Position numbers and translations under genes: made by a program. From contig CAJFCJ010000007.1 in NCBI GenBank assembly GCA_904063045.1, forward strand, positions 2,363,404-2,427,403: DNA of 64,000 nucleotides. The letters are read 5' to 3'. Of this stretch, positions 25,455 to 38,257 are shown in pieces. A model generated the notes under the pieces. That model was not told the origin of the DNA, made no database searches, and saw only the letters and a program-made list of their open reading frames with translations. The DNA comes from Dimorphilus gyrociliatus. Its lineage: Eukaryota > Animalia > Annelida. Numbering within the stretch: the stretch's first letter is position 1; the number at the start of each line of letters is the position of its first letter.

Positions 25455-25903
25455 TTGCAAGTACGACAGATTTAAGATAGTCAAATCTGTAATATTTACA
25501 TAAAAACTTCGATTTGACTAAATTAAGGTTTTCATAATTTTAATAAAATGCTTTATATTTTTACTAAAATGATGATGTTAAAATGTTTTATAAGCCTTAA
25601 ATCCATAGAAACTTTACGTTTTAAGTAAAGCAAAGTTAAAAACAATAATGGTTTTGATTATTAATTTCAAGCTTTTTAAAAGTGGACAAAAGTTAAAAAA
25701 CTTTGCATAAGTTAAATATTAATACCCCAACGAAGAAATGTAATATTCTTCAGTCGACTTAATAAGTTATGGCTGCTGTCTAGCTGCCTATCCTATGCTA
25801 GGCCTGCATGTCATTAAAATCTAAACCAAAGACTGCAAGAAAAACATTAAAAAGTATATATATAGATATGTATATACATTTCAAATTATGGGCATAAATA
25901 TTT

Positions 25904-27073
25904 TTATACTTCTTTTAGACAAACTTCAGGTAATAAAAGAACCATAACATCCCAATTAATTCTTCCTTTGGGTGGAGATTTCGATAGTTCATTATTTCTC
26001 AGAGAGTACAATTCCTCAAAATCATAATAACGACCAACTGTAAAAAAAAGTGTGCCGAGTAGCGTTTAAAGCTGACTTTTATAACTCACCTTTCTTAGGA
26101 GATGTAGGAGTAATAAGTAATTTCTTATTAATACTCTCTTCAACTATGTCGTCTGTTGACAATTTTCATTAGTATTTAGACATAATAGCTTAAAAAAGCT
26201 ACAAAAAATGAATATTACTTTTTTTTACTGCATCTTCATTTATACTATTCACCTTCTTAAAGTTACGAAATCCTTAAGATATTCCAATCAGTAATTAATA
26301 ATAGATTATCCCTAAAAGTAAGCCTTACCCTCTTCAAACGATAAAGGTGTACTCCCTGTCTTAAATCTTTCAAAATTATCGAAGCCATTTATTTGATTAT
26401 GTTCTTTGATATCTTTGGCCGTCAGACATTTTTGTCTATTTATTTTATCTAATGTAATATCGTTGGATTCTTGGAAATTCTCCTCATTATCGCTTTCCTT
26501 ATTCTTACGTTCTGCATTGTAAAGGAAATAATATAGCATGATATAGAAATTGATTCTTTACTATTTATACCATCTTCTCTAACCCATGGTTTAATGTTTG
26601 ATTTCTGAAAATAATTTTATATTATTCTTTGTATAGAGAATAGGACTATTGAAATCTACTTCTTTAAGAATGGTCGAAGATTTCAAGGAAATATCTTGCG
26701 AATCGCTTTAGTAAATAAATAATATTTAATTATTGCTTTTTTTATAATCCTTTTCTTACCGTCTCTCCGGTTTTTCACTTCTGAATTTACTGAAATATAT
26801 AAATTAATTTCACTTTATTATGCTTAAAAATTTTCCGTATAAATAAATATATATATATATATATATATATACTTTTCAAATACTTCTGGCTCTTCGGACG
26901 AAGTGAAAGCTTGCAAATTCGACGAATCTTTGACAAAAAAAGAAATATAACATGAAATGTAGCCACTAAATTCAAAGAGAGTAAGAGTGACACGAACGTG
27001 TGCGACTCAAAAGATTCAAATTCTTACTGCTTCCAACGATGGTTTGCAAAATAGAAGGGTCAATAACAGGCAT
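25904..27073 (-). CDS. Uncharacterised multi-exon protein ending in a 4E-BP/C8orf88-like eIF4E-binding motif; 5' exons uncertain
   Basis: Last exon 26037-25904 (cag|TT; stop TAA) reads VGRYYDFEELYSLRNNELSKSPPKGRINWDVMVLLLPEVCLKEV*; preceding exon ends ...LLITPTSPKK G|gtgagt; further coding segment about 26330-26515. Start ATG at 27073 is tentative. Confidence 0.65.
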
Positions 27074-27590
27074 GATTCTTAGTTAGAAGACGTTCGGACC
27101 ACTTCTTAACGAACTTAACACAATTCTTGTTAACTTTCAAGGTGAAAATTCAACGAAGACACAAAAAGTTTTGCCTTACTCAAACTCTTGCACGAGCAGA
27201 AAGTTCAGAGGGTTAACTGTGCCAAAAAGTTTAAAAAATTAAATTTTAACAAATGGCTGCCGCTTTTAAATCACTACTTTTCTAAACAAAAAAGTACAGA
27301 ATTTTTATCTTTTAATAACAATTAATAGTTATTAATGTTTGGCTAATCAATATAAGCAATGTTTATTGTACTTTTTAGTAATTTTTACGCTTTTAAAAAG
27401 TGATTTTTTATTTTTAGATATATTCCATAATTTTTTTACGTATCTTTAAAATGATCAATAGAGTTTAATCTCTAGAGATTATGTTTCCTAAAAATATTAA
27501 TATTTTATTACTTAAAATGAGATTAAATTTCGTTATAAAACATACGGCAAATAATTTATGGAATAAATTTTTTTTAATTTCATAATAAAT

Positions 27591-29754
27591 ATGGCGGCGT
27601 CAGATGCAGAGAACAATCTGAAATATAATAAGGATATTTGGCATTATAGACAAGAAGGAAATCAAAGATTGGTTGTGTATAGTCTGCAGGTAAATTACGA
27701 ATAGTCATGCTTAATTATTTTATAAATCCACTTTGCTGTCTAGATAAAATAGGAAATATCGACTTCTTTTCGTGTAGTACTTTTATTTGTTTGTTGCTGT
27801 TTTCTCATATTATGTGTGTTTTTGCATTTTGCAGAGAAAAGTTGTTCAAATATTCCAAAAGCGTAGAGTGTTAACGAATCCGACAGAGTCTCAAAAGACT
27901 GAGCCAATGGTATTTATTTGTCCAATTATTAATTAATTTACTTAATTGTGTTAAAATCTCAATAGACTAAAGATGAACTTTTAGAAAAATTAAGGTTTAT
28001 TAGAAGTGTAATAAGTCCATTAATTGGAAATGATTTTGTTCATATTGGTTGTACAATTGAACACGATGAGAAATATTTGAGAGACTTGAATAATTCTGTA
28101 AAGCAATATAGGTCCAAGTCCAGACTGGATAAAGAAATTGACTTTACCTGCCCGTTTGCGATTGAAATGCCTGATCTCTGTTTCGTACCAAATTCAAATG
28201 ACATGCCAACATTTGCTGTGGAGATTAAAGCTAAAAGTGGACTGATTCCCAATTGGGATTATCCTTTCCTAAAAGGCGTTTGCAAGTTTTGTATGTCTCA
28301 ACACTACAAGTTGAAGATTGGCAAATGGTGCGGTTTGTTGTGTCAATTGTTCAATGTCCATTTTCAAAAAGTCCCACCCTTGATGTATTTTCACAGCCTT
28401 GTAAATCTCTGTCGTGTTTTTTGAAGCTTTCTGAGGATATATCTTATTTAATTGACAGGTAAAAATCAGTAATCTAACTAGTCATAAGATTAGTGTATTG
28501 GCTTAAAATCACGCTTATTGCTTTGTACTTGTCCGATTAGGGCACAAATTTTATTCAAGCTTATAATCACAGCTTTCACTTTTCAAATAGTTGACAAAAT
28601 TTCATTTTCTCAAGCTTTTTTCAATTGATAACCCTTAACAACTCTAATATTGTCTAAATCATAAGTGCAACAAAAATATTTTTTTATTAGCTAAGAAAAC
28701 AGCACTAAAAACCAGCTTATCGATGTTCAATGTCACTTAAAGTACTCTAATATTAATCGTTTTGAAAGATTATACATACTATTCTTTGCCTATCTTATTT
28801 GCCGAGATAAATTATTTAAACTAACACAATAAACTACATCAGGAAGACCGTTAGCCGCTATTGCCCATTGGACCTTTTTTCTGGGAATAAAGATCGGATG
28901 CGTTTGGCATTTTCATCACTTTTTGCTACTCCACAAAATAACTTCAGGATATTTTTAGACGGAAAAATCATTTGGGCCGAAGAAGTACGTGAGCTTGACA
29001 CATTAATATCCAATTTGCGAAAGTTTTTGAAGACGGAAAATGGTATATCGAATGATTGCTTATTAACACGCTTCTTCGATATTCTTATAAAAACTCTATT
29101 ATGGACAAGAAGTGATGAAAAGCAGATAAGAGGATCTCCTGTTTGTGCGGCAGTGCAGCATAATTCTAGCAGAAATCAAGGTTAATTAAGCAAAAAAATA
29201 TATGATCACAATGGATTTACCTTTAATTTTCTGCCTGGAAGATTAAAGAATATTTTATACTTGATAATGTTTTATCGAATATAAGAAGTTGTAATCTTCC
29301 GAAATTACTTATGACATATGAAATAAATTAATCCTTTCAAGATTAAAATAGCTTTTAATGAATTTTCCACTTTGATTTTGATCATATGCGTTTTTGCTTA
29401 GAAAAAGAAGGCTATCTGCCAAAAGATTGCGTCTTAGAAGGAATTTGGAAATTACAAAAAATAGATACAATTCGTAATATTCGAACCATTTATAATTCCT
29501 ACAAAAAAGTTGGGAATAAAAAGGAAATTGATGATTATTTAATATCAACGGTAGCCAATGATTGCTCGATAATGGTTGCACTTCAATCGGAAATCAAACA
29601 AAACGGAATACAAATAAAAACTGATTTCGATTGCTATACATGTTCAGTAGGTGTTATAGATTTGGATAAAAAACCAGCGTCGAAGATCGATGGTCATTAT
29701 CAAGAGCTTTTAAAGTCAGTTGCAGTTTATCGAAATAGTTGCTCCGTTCATTAG
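27591..29754 (+). CDS. IPPK: Inositol-pentakisphosphate 2-kinase
   Basis: WHYRQEGNQRLVV; AVEIKAKSG; CKFCMSQHYK; RYCPLDLFSGNKDRMRLAFSSLFATPQNNFRIF; VANDCSIMVAL; VIDLDKKP. Confidence 0.93.
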
Positions 29755-30556
29755 GTAAATCATTTAGTATTTCTATTATCTCTTTGAAAATTTAATAATA
29801 TTATTACTGTTATGACATTTATTATACAGATGAAATCGAGGAATGAAAGTCGACATTTATTAAGAAAAATTACTGCTAAAAAATGGAAAATATAAAGATT
29901 TTCTTTCTTTTCTTTCTCTTTCCCTTTTCGGAAAAACAAAAAACCATATATATCTAATCCCTTTATTTCCTGCTCAAAAAACTTTTTACTGCTTTTAAGT
30001 GCCATAAAGATGAATTTAAAATATCCCTTGCCTTTTTTAAACACAAAGTTTATTTTTCGATATTCTTTATTACTTTCTAAAATTTGGCAAAACCTGAATT
30101 TATTCTTTTAAGAAAAAAGTTCCTAATCAAAAGAAAAAAAAACGCAACAAAAAGAAAAAAGAACACGTTAAAAATAGTATATCATTAAGATTACCGCTAA
30201 AAAAGTGGAATAGATGCTTCAATGTATGAAAAACACAAAAAAGAAAAATAGGTATTGTTTTGTTAGATTCTTTGTGAGATTTAGAATTAAAAAAAGAAAA
30301 GAAACATTGCAGAATTTATATAAAATTTTGTTTTTATTTGTGTTTTGTTTAAGTTTGTAATAAATCAATAAATTCGTCTGTTATTTTTTTTATATAAAAA
30401 ATAATCTTGTTTTTTTTTTCTGTTTGTAGGGAAGATCTATCAATTTATTATGCGATTCCCTTAGGTAGCGCGTTTTCAGGACGTCGTATAATAGCTTTGG
30501 AAATAGAATGCTTGTATGATTTGTTTACACTAGAGACAGTCTTTTAATAATGAAAA

Positions 30557-32077
30557 ATGTCAACTCAAAAATGTGAACAACCGTCGGAGTTACGAGAAAT
30601 GGTAGAAGCTAGTCAACAGGTTTATTCTAATATTGAAATTAATAGAATTATAAATTTTAATTCATAGTTATTAGTTTAATCAAGTATATACTGAGCGATA
30701 ATTGAAAACTTTTAGGATATGAAAACTATGAAGGAAAATTTGGATAGGTTGAAAAACCTTAGCGAATCGGAGAAAGGAGACAGCGCAATTTTAAGATCAA
30801 GAATAGAGGAACAATCACAGCTTATAATGATCTTAAAGAAAAGATCTGATGAAGATTGCATTAGAGCTAAAACTCTCGAAAAGATGGTTGATGAGTTGAC
30901 AGAGTTTCGCGAAGGTGCTAATGAGGATTTGCAAAGGGAAATAAACAAATATAATATGCTGGATGCAAGATTTAACGATTTAGCTTACAATCATCAAGAA
31001 TTGATAAAATTTAAAGATGAATATAAAAGGCAAAATAATGAATTGCGCAAAGATAATGAAAGACTGAAAGAAGAGAATGCTAAACTCTTTAGCTCTGCCT
31101 TAAGTGAGAAAGATAAGAAAATAAGGGAACTCTCGGCCGAAATTGATACTTTACAAGATAAACTAGCCTCAATGGACTATCATTTTCAGTAAGAAATTAA
31201 TTTGCGATAATTAGAGGTCCACTATGCGTACGAAATATTTGCATTATCATACAATAATGATTATTGAGCTCATAGATTTATTTACCCTGTTTATTATATT
31301 CTCCTTTTATTCCTATCTATTAGGAAAATAAATAAGGAACTAAAGGAAACGACTCAGGTTTACGAGAAAGAAACCCATAGCCTGAAAACAGAAAATAATG
31401 ATCTTAGAGACAAACTCTCTAAGGAAGAGAGTTTTCGAAAAGGTTTGTTTACAATCAGAAAACAAAGCCGAATCTTTTTTGTTCATTTATTGCCTTATCA
31501 TGTTTTTAGAATTAGAAAGGAAATTAAAAGCTGCTCAAGAACAATCAAAGTTAAGCGGAAGTGCTGTGAAAGCCTCTATAGAGCAGCTTGAAAAAGAGAA
31601 AGAAGAGCTAATGGCTTTGGCTATGCAAAGGGGTCGCCTAGTTCAAGATAAAGTTGAAGAAATAAAGCGTCTACAACATCAAATTGTCGAAATGGAAAAG
31701 AAAGTAAAAGCTTCTAAAGATAAATTCGAGTAAGATATTATATTAGAAAATATTGCAATTTGTTATATAGAAATTTGATGTTATTGTCAAAATGCTTATC
31801 CTCTTAAGGAGAGAAGCCGCATCAGTCAACGCAAATATACAAGTCATTAAACTACGTGATGAGCTATGTAGAGCAGAAGAAACACACAAAGATTTGGAAA
31901 GAGTATGGATTTTTTTTTCACACCCATTTCTATATAATATATAATATATATGCAGTAGCACTTTATAATATTTTTTTATTATCCAATCAGAACTTCAATG
32001 CCTTTAAGGAGCATTCTAAGAAAATGTTGGACAATGAGAAAGAGATTAATGCAAAATTGAGAATGTTGCTTTCTTAA
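30557..32077 (+). CDS. CCDC89: Coiled-coil domain-containing protein 89
   Basis: LDRLKNLSESEKGDSAILRSRIEEQSQLIMILKKRSDE and RFNDLAYNHQELIKFKDEY match my recollection of CCDC89; ends FKEHSKKMLDNEKEINAKLRMLLS*. Confidence 0.85.
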
Positions 32078-32443
32078 CAATTTTTACATAAGAAGTATAG
32101 AAAAAACTTTGTTTTCGTTCGTTAATTGTTTAACATGTTTACTTTCGAATATTTTACTTTTTAAACTCCTTTCAATAGCATTATAAGATTATTATCGTGC
32201 CAATTATTATTGTGCCAATATAAATAACATAGGCCAAATGTTTTTGATAAACTCCATGTGTTTTAAAGGTTCAATAAAAAAATATCTGGTGTAAATCAGT
32301 AATAAGCGGTGTTGAATTACAACAAAATCTGCTAAAGCGTGGCCTCGCATAGAAAGGCGCTTTAGAGCTTTTTAGCGTTCGATTTCTCTTTTATTGTCAT
32401 TTTCTCAATACAGTATTTAAATGGTTCATGAAGGGTAAGCCAA

Positions 32444-32944
32444 ATGAACGACGAGCTCTCAAAGAAGATAGGCAACGCTCGATATTGCACTAATCATACC
32501 TTACCCTCCGATGAATATGGAAGAAAGATGGCTTTGGAACCCTTTAAACCTTATGTTAGGCGGAGGTTTGTTGTTAAAAGTCGTAGTATTCAACTACCTA
32601 CCAACGCCGATCTAAAAAACTCTGAGAGGATTAGAGTAAACGAGGATACAAGTGGTAGCTATGTTCGACACCTAAAAAATTCTCTTGACAAAAAAGGCCT
32701 AGAAGTAACTACTCTATATTCGAAAAATCGACTATCAATTATGCCAAATGTTGAAGAGGATGTTATCAAAACTCCCTCCCAACAGGAAACAAAGAAACCT
32801 AAAGTTTCAAGAGTTGGATATTTACACAAGAGAAAGTTAGGTGAGGTTTCATCAACGAAAAAGTTCACCAATTTATTCGATAAAGACGATTCTTATCTAA
32901 AATTGTTACCACCCGCAATGACAAACGATTTAACTTTTCAATAA
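32444..32944 (+). CDS. Hypothetical intronless basic protein, 166 aa
   Basis: ATG-initiated 501-nt ORF in AT-rich DNA, coding-like composition, AATAAA overlapping the stop and again about 25 nt later; no family recognised. Confidence 0.6.
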   Translation: MNDELSKKIGNARYCTNHTLPSDEYGRKMALEPFKPYVRRRFVVKSRSIQLPTNADLKNSERIRVNEDTSGSYVRHLKNSLDKKGLEVTTLYSKNRLSIMPNVEEDVIKTPSQQETKKPKVSRVGYLHKRKLGEVSSTKKFTNLFDKDDSYLKLLPPAMTNDLTFQ

Positions 32945-33557
32945 AACGCAATGTATTGTTATGTACAAAATAAATTTGATAAAAGAAGTGTTCTTTATAT
33001 GACAATAAAAAAAGGAAGTAATTCACATAGAAAATTTTCCTTTAGACGAAACTTAATACAAACTTAGATATCTCTCTCTCTGTTTTTTTAATTAATTAAT
33101 TGTTGTTGTTACAATGGTGTTATTTATCACAGCAGTCTAATTTTTTTAAAAAATTGTTAAAGACAAGTACAGGTCTCTTTTAAACTTTTAATCATTGATA
33201 TAAAAATCTGACCTATTTATATATTTGTAGGTCAAGCCAATAATTTCTTTGATCCGCAAAATTATTCTTTTAATGGTCAACGTAATATTTAATACTGGGA
33301 GAGAAAAAAATAATAAACAATAACTATTCCGATAATTAACCATAGTGTGTATGTGTTTTTTTTTTCTTAGCATATCACACTTGCCCATTTCTGTTCTGTA
33401 ACTTGACGTTATAAAACGTTATACTGAATAATAAAGAAATTTATAGTTTGATCATTCAGCACAGAATTGCTAAAAAAAAAAAAGTCTGCATAAATAGTTT
33501 CGCTCTCTATATGTTCCTGAGTTTCCGTCCTATTTACTAATATGAAAGACGAGGTCG

Positions 33558-34973
33558 TCACTTACGTTTACACGAACGGAATCTTTGACGTTTATAAAAA
33601 GCGGGAAATGAGGGTGATGAATTTGGTAGGTTTGATGGCAATTTTCCTATCGGTACATCTTTAGAAGATTGATAATCTTTGGCCGCAATCCATTCGTCTT
33701 GAAATCTTATTTCAGGAAGAAAAGGAAAGTTGGATATTTAGTTTCTAGTTTACGAATTTTGACAGTCAATACACGCTTTTAATAAACAGTCAATACTTTA
33801 GTAATAATCGACAAAAAAAAACGCCCAGAGAAACTTACACATTATCGGGAAACCAACGAACAAGGAATTTTTCTTTATCTTGTTTATCAAACGTTCTCGC
33901 TATAACCTTTAATAAATAAAGGATATAAGCAATAAAAATTGTATGAATTGACCTATTGAATATCACTGCAAACCTACCGAGCAAGTAAATTTAACAACTG
34001 GCCTACAAGAGGAGGAGAGATCCACGTCCAAAGAGTTGGCGAGCTCTTCCAACCTATCGTTGATACGCTTAACGGACGGCTCATCGAAAAAATCTAGGAG
34101 TGGGGTTACAGGAACACACGATGGGAGTTTTTTGCGACGTTTTTTCTTCTTTCTTAGAGGATCACGAGTGCATAAATTGGACGAACTAATTGATGAGTTT
34201 GAAACTGAACCGTTCTTTTCTTTGAAATGGCAGTTTATGTGTCTTTGGAGTAAAACATATGAGGCAAAAGTTGACTTACAGCCGGTAACAATGCATTTAT
34301 AAGGACGATTGCCAACGTGCGATATAACATGACGTTCTAACCACGCCTGAAGTTTTGAGGGTTTTTCGAAAACTTTGCAACCTTTCCATAAACAAATGTG
34401 GGTATTATTTTCCTTTTGAGGATCAACATGACTTTTGGTTAGGTGATCTAAGAGTTCGCTTGGTTCTATTTTACAAGAACAGTTGGACCACTTGCAGCAA
34501 ATTTTTTCGCTATATGCGCTTGCATCAGGTTCGTCAAGATTGTTCTTCAGTTTTCCATTTTGCACTTGATTTTGAGTTCGTTTTCTTTGAATAGTTTGCA
34601 CTTTCTTACTAGAATTTGAATCTATAAAGTCAGCTCGTAATGGTTTTTTAAAACTTTCATTTTCCGCATTCACTTGATTTTTTTTCCTTAAACCTTTCTT
34701 TCCATTTCCTATAAGTTTGTCAGATGAAGGGTCCACAACCTGATTTATAACTCCATTCAATCTGATCAATAAAAACCCTTAGCAAGCTGTATTTTGATTG
34801 AAATTCGTTTAAACCTACCCAGGAGAGTTTGATGAATTATTTAATAAGCATAATTCACCATTCCTCGCTGATCTTCGCAATCTTTTACCTGAATTTTCCG
34901 TGGAAAGCGGTACCACGGAATGTACACCGTTAACTTTCGTTTCTCTATCAAGCAGTTTGTGATTCCTTTTCAT
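33558..34973 (-). CDS. AEBP2: AEBP2/jing zinc-finger protein (PRC2 accessory subunit)
   Basis: Three C2H2 fingers CKWSNC...HLTKSHVD, CLWKGCKVFEKPS..WLERHVISH, PYKCIVTGCKSTF...LQRHINCHF; KKKRRKK basic patch; DFFD motif; 3' exon DEWI..KDVPIGKLP...KRK*. Start (MKRNHK, 34973) less certain. Confidence 0.9.
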
Positions 34974-35104
34974 CTTATTTACATAGATATTTCAAAAAAA
35001 TAACTTGAAAAAACCTTCTCCTAATCCGATCATTATTAGGCGAATATAGTAATTTATACCGCCTTTTTCAAAACATAAAACCGATCTCCATTTTAGATTA
35101 CCAC

Positions 35105-35125
35105 TGTGACGTCACAAGCGGAAGT
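35105..35125. promoter_or_regulatory. Palindromic CRE (TGTGACGTCACA) adjacent to an ETS site (GCGGAAGT) in the AEBP2/SMARCE1 divergent gap
   Basis: 12-bp perfect palindrome 35105-35116 followed by gcggaagt 35118-35125; a second ETS core (acttccgg) near 35320. Confidence 0.55.
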
Positions 35126-35379
35126 TTATTTTTTTTCACTTTTTTCGTACATATTGAATTTTAATAGTTTTTTCTCTCTTAAATATAATGACTGTTAATA
35201 AAACTACAGTTAAGTTTGACTAGAAGGACAATATATAGTGTATTTTTAATGATAGCAGATCATTACTTATTCTGCGTTCTTGATTTTGCAAAACAAATTT
35301 GTAGCACTTCCTGAATTGGACTTCCGGTAAACAGCGTCTATTATTTTATTACAAAATACTAAAGATCGGTTAGCAGAAA

Positions 35380-36684
35380 ATGTCTGCGGCTTTTAGGAGT
35401 GTAACTCCAAATGCTTTGGCTCGTGAGTCATTTTTTATCTTTCGACCATATATGTTAATTACTTGTTATTTTAAAAGATATCAAATTTTTGTAGTGGTAT
35501 TTCATGTATACTTATTTTCAGAGAGGATAAGAGGGCCTTATATGCAACAAAGTCCTCTATCATATCCGATGCCATCAAACTTACCATCAAATCCTGCCAT
35601 GGTGAGATTAGAATTTCGTGAGAGAACCAATCTTACTGAATATCTAAATTGTTTCTTTCTAGAACTACTATAATCAGCCTCAGTCAACTCCTACACCTAA
35701 CTCCGCGGTCAATCAACCTTCTACTCCACAACCAACAACGCCATTTACAGAAAAAAGTCTAGGGCCTCCCAGCTTCGCACCCATGAAGTTAGGAGCTAGA
35801 GGGCCAGAGGTATGAGACTATTCCTATTTTATATGCATAATGCATATATTTTAAGTTGAAAAGAATGTAGCTTTTCGCAGTGAGTTAAATTATTTCATAA
35901 TTGTTTTAAATAGTTGAAAATGCCAAAACCTCCCAAACCCCCTGACAAACCTTTGATGCCTTATATGCGCTATTCCCGTAAAGTATGGGAACAAGTGAAA
36001 GCTGCTCATCAAGATCTTAAATTATGGGAAATTGGAAAGATAATTGGAGGAATGTGGAGAGAGTTGCCTGAAAATGAAAAGCAAGAATATATGGATGAAT
36101 ATGAAATAGAGAAATCTCAATATAATGATGCTATGAGAAATTATCACAATTCACCTATGTACCAAGCTTATGTTTCTGCCAAATCAAAAGCTCAAGAAGC
36201 TCAGGCTGCAGTTCAAGCTTATGCAGAAGAAGAAGAAATCGCTGGACGACGAGGGAAGAAAGTAACAGATACAAGAATCAGCATTCAGCCAGCAGATGAT
36301 GAAGATGAGCCTCAAGAGGATGGATTGTGGGAAAAACATTTAGCATCTTCTCGTTATCATAGAAATCACAGATTAATCAATGAAATTCTGGGAGAATCTG
36401 TTGTTCCTGATGTTAGAACCGTTGTTACAACTAGTAGAATGGCTATATTGAAAAGGCAAGTTTTATCTTTAATTACTCACCAAAAGAAGCTAGAATTAGA
36501 ACTGGAGAATCTCGAAAAGCAACACAATAAGAGAAAAAGATTATTGGTTGAATCGTCAGAAACTTTTAGTAATAAAATGAGAAGAATTTGTGAAGATAGA
36601 CCATCTTACGACGATGATAGATTTGAAGATACTGTCCAAGATGAAATGGATAAAATACGAAATATAGAGGAGAAAACTGATTAA
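35380..36684 (+). CDS. SMARCE1: SWI/SNF (BAF) subunit BAF57, HMG-box
   Basis: [27 protein letters not shown]; [15 protein letters not shown]; [35 protein letters not shown]. Confidence 0.97.
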
Positions 36685-37282
36685 TTTCATGTAAGACTTA
36701 TTTTCTCGTAAGTGTTGTCACTTAATCTTGGCCCAAGCGCTATATAGAATTAAAAATACAGGTTTTTTTCTACATATTTACCAATCTATTTTAAAATGAA
36801 ATCCCTAAGATAATTTAAAGCTTTTTCATAATTGATACAATACAAAAATCTTTGATTTCATTTTGAAAGTGGTATATTGTTTTGATCGTTGAAATTGTTA
36901 TATTAATATATATATATATATATACAGTATATATATATGGGATGTTGTTTATTTTTTAGAATAGTATTTTATTTTTTAGCTTTTTCTTTCATGTCGAATT
37001 GAATTTATGTATCAAAGAGAATTTATAATTTTTTTTTTTGTAAATAATGATAAATTAATCTGTAAATTTAATGGAAAATATAATTTTTGAGACTAATGTA
37101 TTTTATGACAAATTTGTATATAAAAAGAAAGATATGTTATTCTTATTAAGGATGAGAATAGTTTTCTTTTCTTATTTAATCCAAATTCAACATTTATTTT
37201 AGGCCTACAATCTAGGCGCCTCAGTTTTTAGTGAAAACTGGTATTTTGGGTGACGAAATATTCCTTTCTATTAAACGTTAAA

Positions 37283-37917
37283 ATGTCGAATACCGGCCAA
37301 ACATCAAAAAATTGGCAACCTGCTCAAATAACAATAGAAACTGGGTAAATTATTTTAAGAGAATTTTTTAAATATTGTTAAAAATAGCTTGTATAAATTT
37401 TTAAGCCAGAAAATGTAAAGATTGTCTTAATTTTTCATTTCTTTTTATTATCGTTAGCATGGGAGACATCGTAATAGAATTGTATTGGAAACATGCTCCC
37501 AAAACATGCCGAAATTTCGCTGAATTGGCTAGAAGGGGTTACTACAATGGAATTAAGTTTCACAGAATTATCAAAGATTTCATGATTCAAACTGGAGATC
37601 CAACTGGAACTGGCAAAGGAGGTGCGAGTATTTATGGTGAGAAATTCGACGATGAAATCCATTCTGAACTGAAACATACTGGAGCTGGAATCCTATCAAT
37701 GGCAAATAGTGGACCGAACACAAATGGATCGCAATTTTTTATAACTTTGGCCCCGACTCAATGGTTAGACGGAAAGCATACAATATTTGGAAGGGTATTT
37801 TCTGGTATGGGTATAGTTGCTCGAATTGGAATGGTAGAAACAGATTCAAATGATCGGCCTATTGAAGAAATAAAAATGTTGAAAGTATACGTAACAGCTA
37901 ATTCTCAGAACATTTGA
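37283..37917 (+). CDS. PPIL1: Peptidyl-prolyl isomerase-like 1 (spliceosomal cyclophilin), 2 exons
   Basis: [10 protein letters not shown]|[30 protein letters not shown]; [11 protein letters not shown]; [22 protein letters not shown]. Confidence 0.97.
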
Positions 37918-38257
37918 AGGAAAATAGTTTTTTTTTTGTTCTTTCAATCATTCTGACAAAAATTGTTTTCCTTATCATTTTTGTTCTTAAACTTCATTCA
38001 TAATTTTGTACAAACTATGTATAGAATCATCTTTATAAAAGATATTTATAAAGAAAAGGTATAAAATAAATCATTGAAAAAAAGAAGGTAATGAGCCTGC
38101 CTTTGAAACAAGGACAGTTGTAGAATTTTCTATGGAAATAAATAGCTTTTACGTTTTATTAAAAGTATAGAAATCATTAAAAGTTAGAAAGTCTTGCTAA
38201 AGATTAGAACACTCAAGGAAGGGAGTAGTTTCGAATTGTTATTTTTGTTATTTGCTT

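Noticed and set aside
32332-32365. Hairpin ctaaagcg...cgctttag upstream of the orphan ORF
   Set aside because: Short stem only; no ncRNA family features
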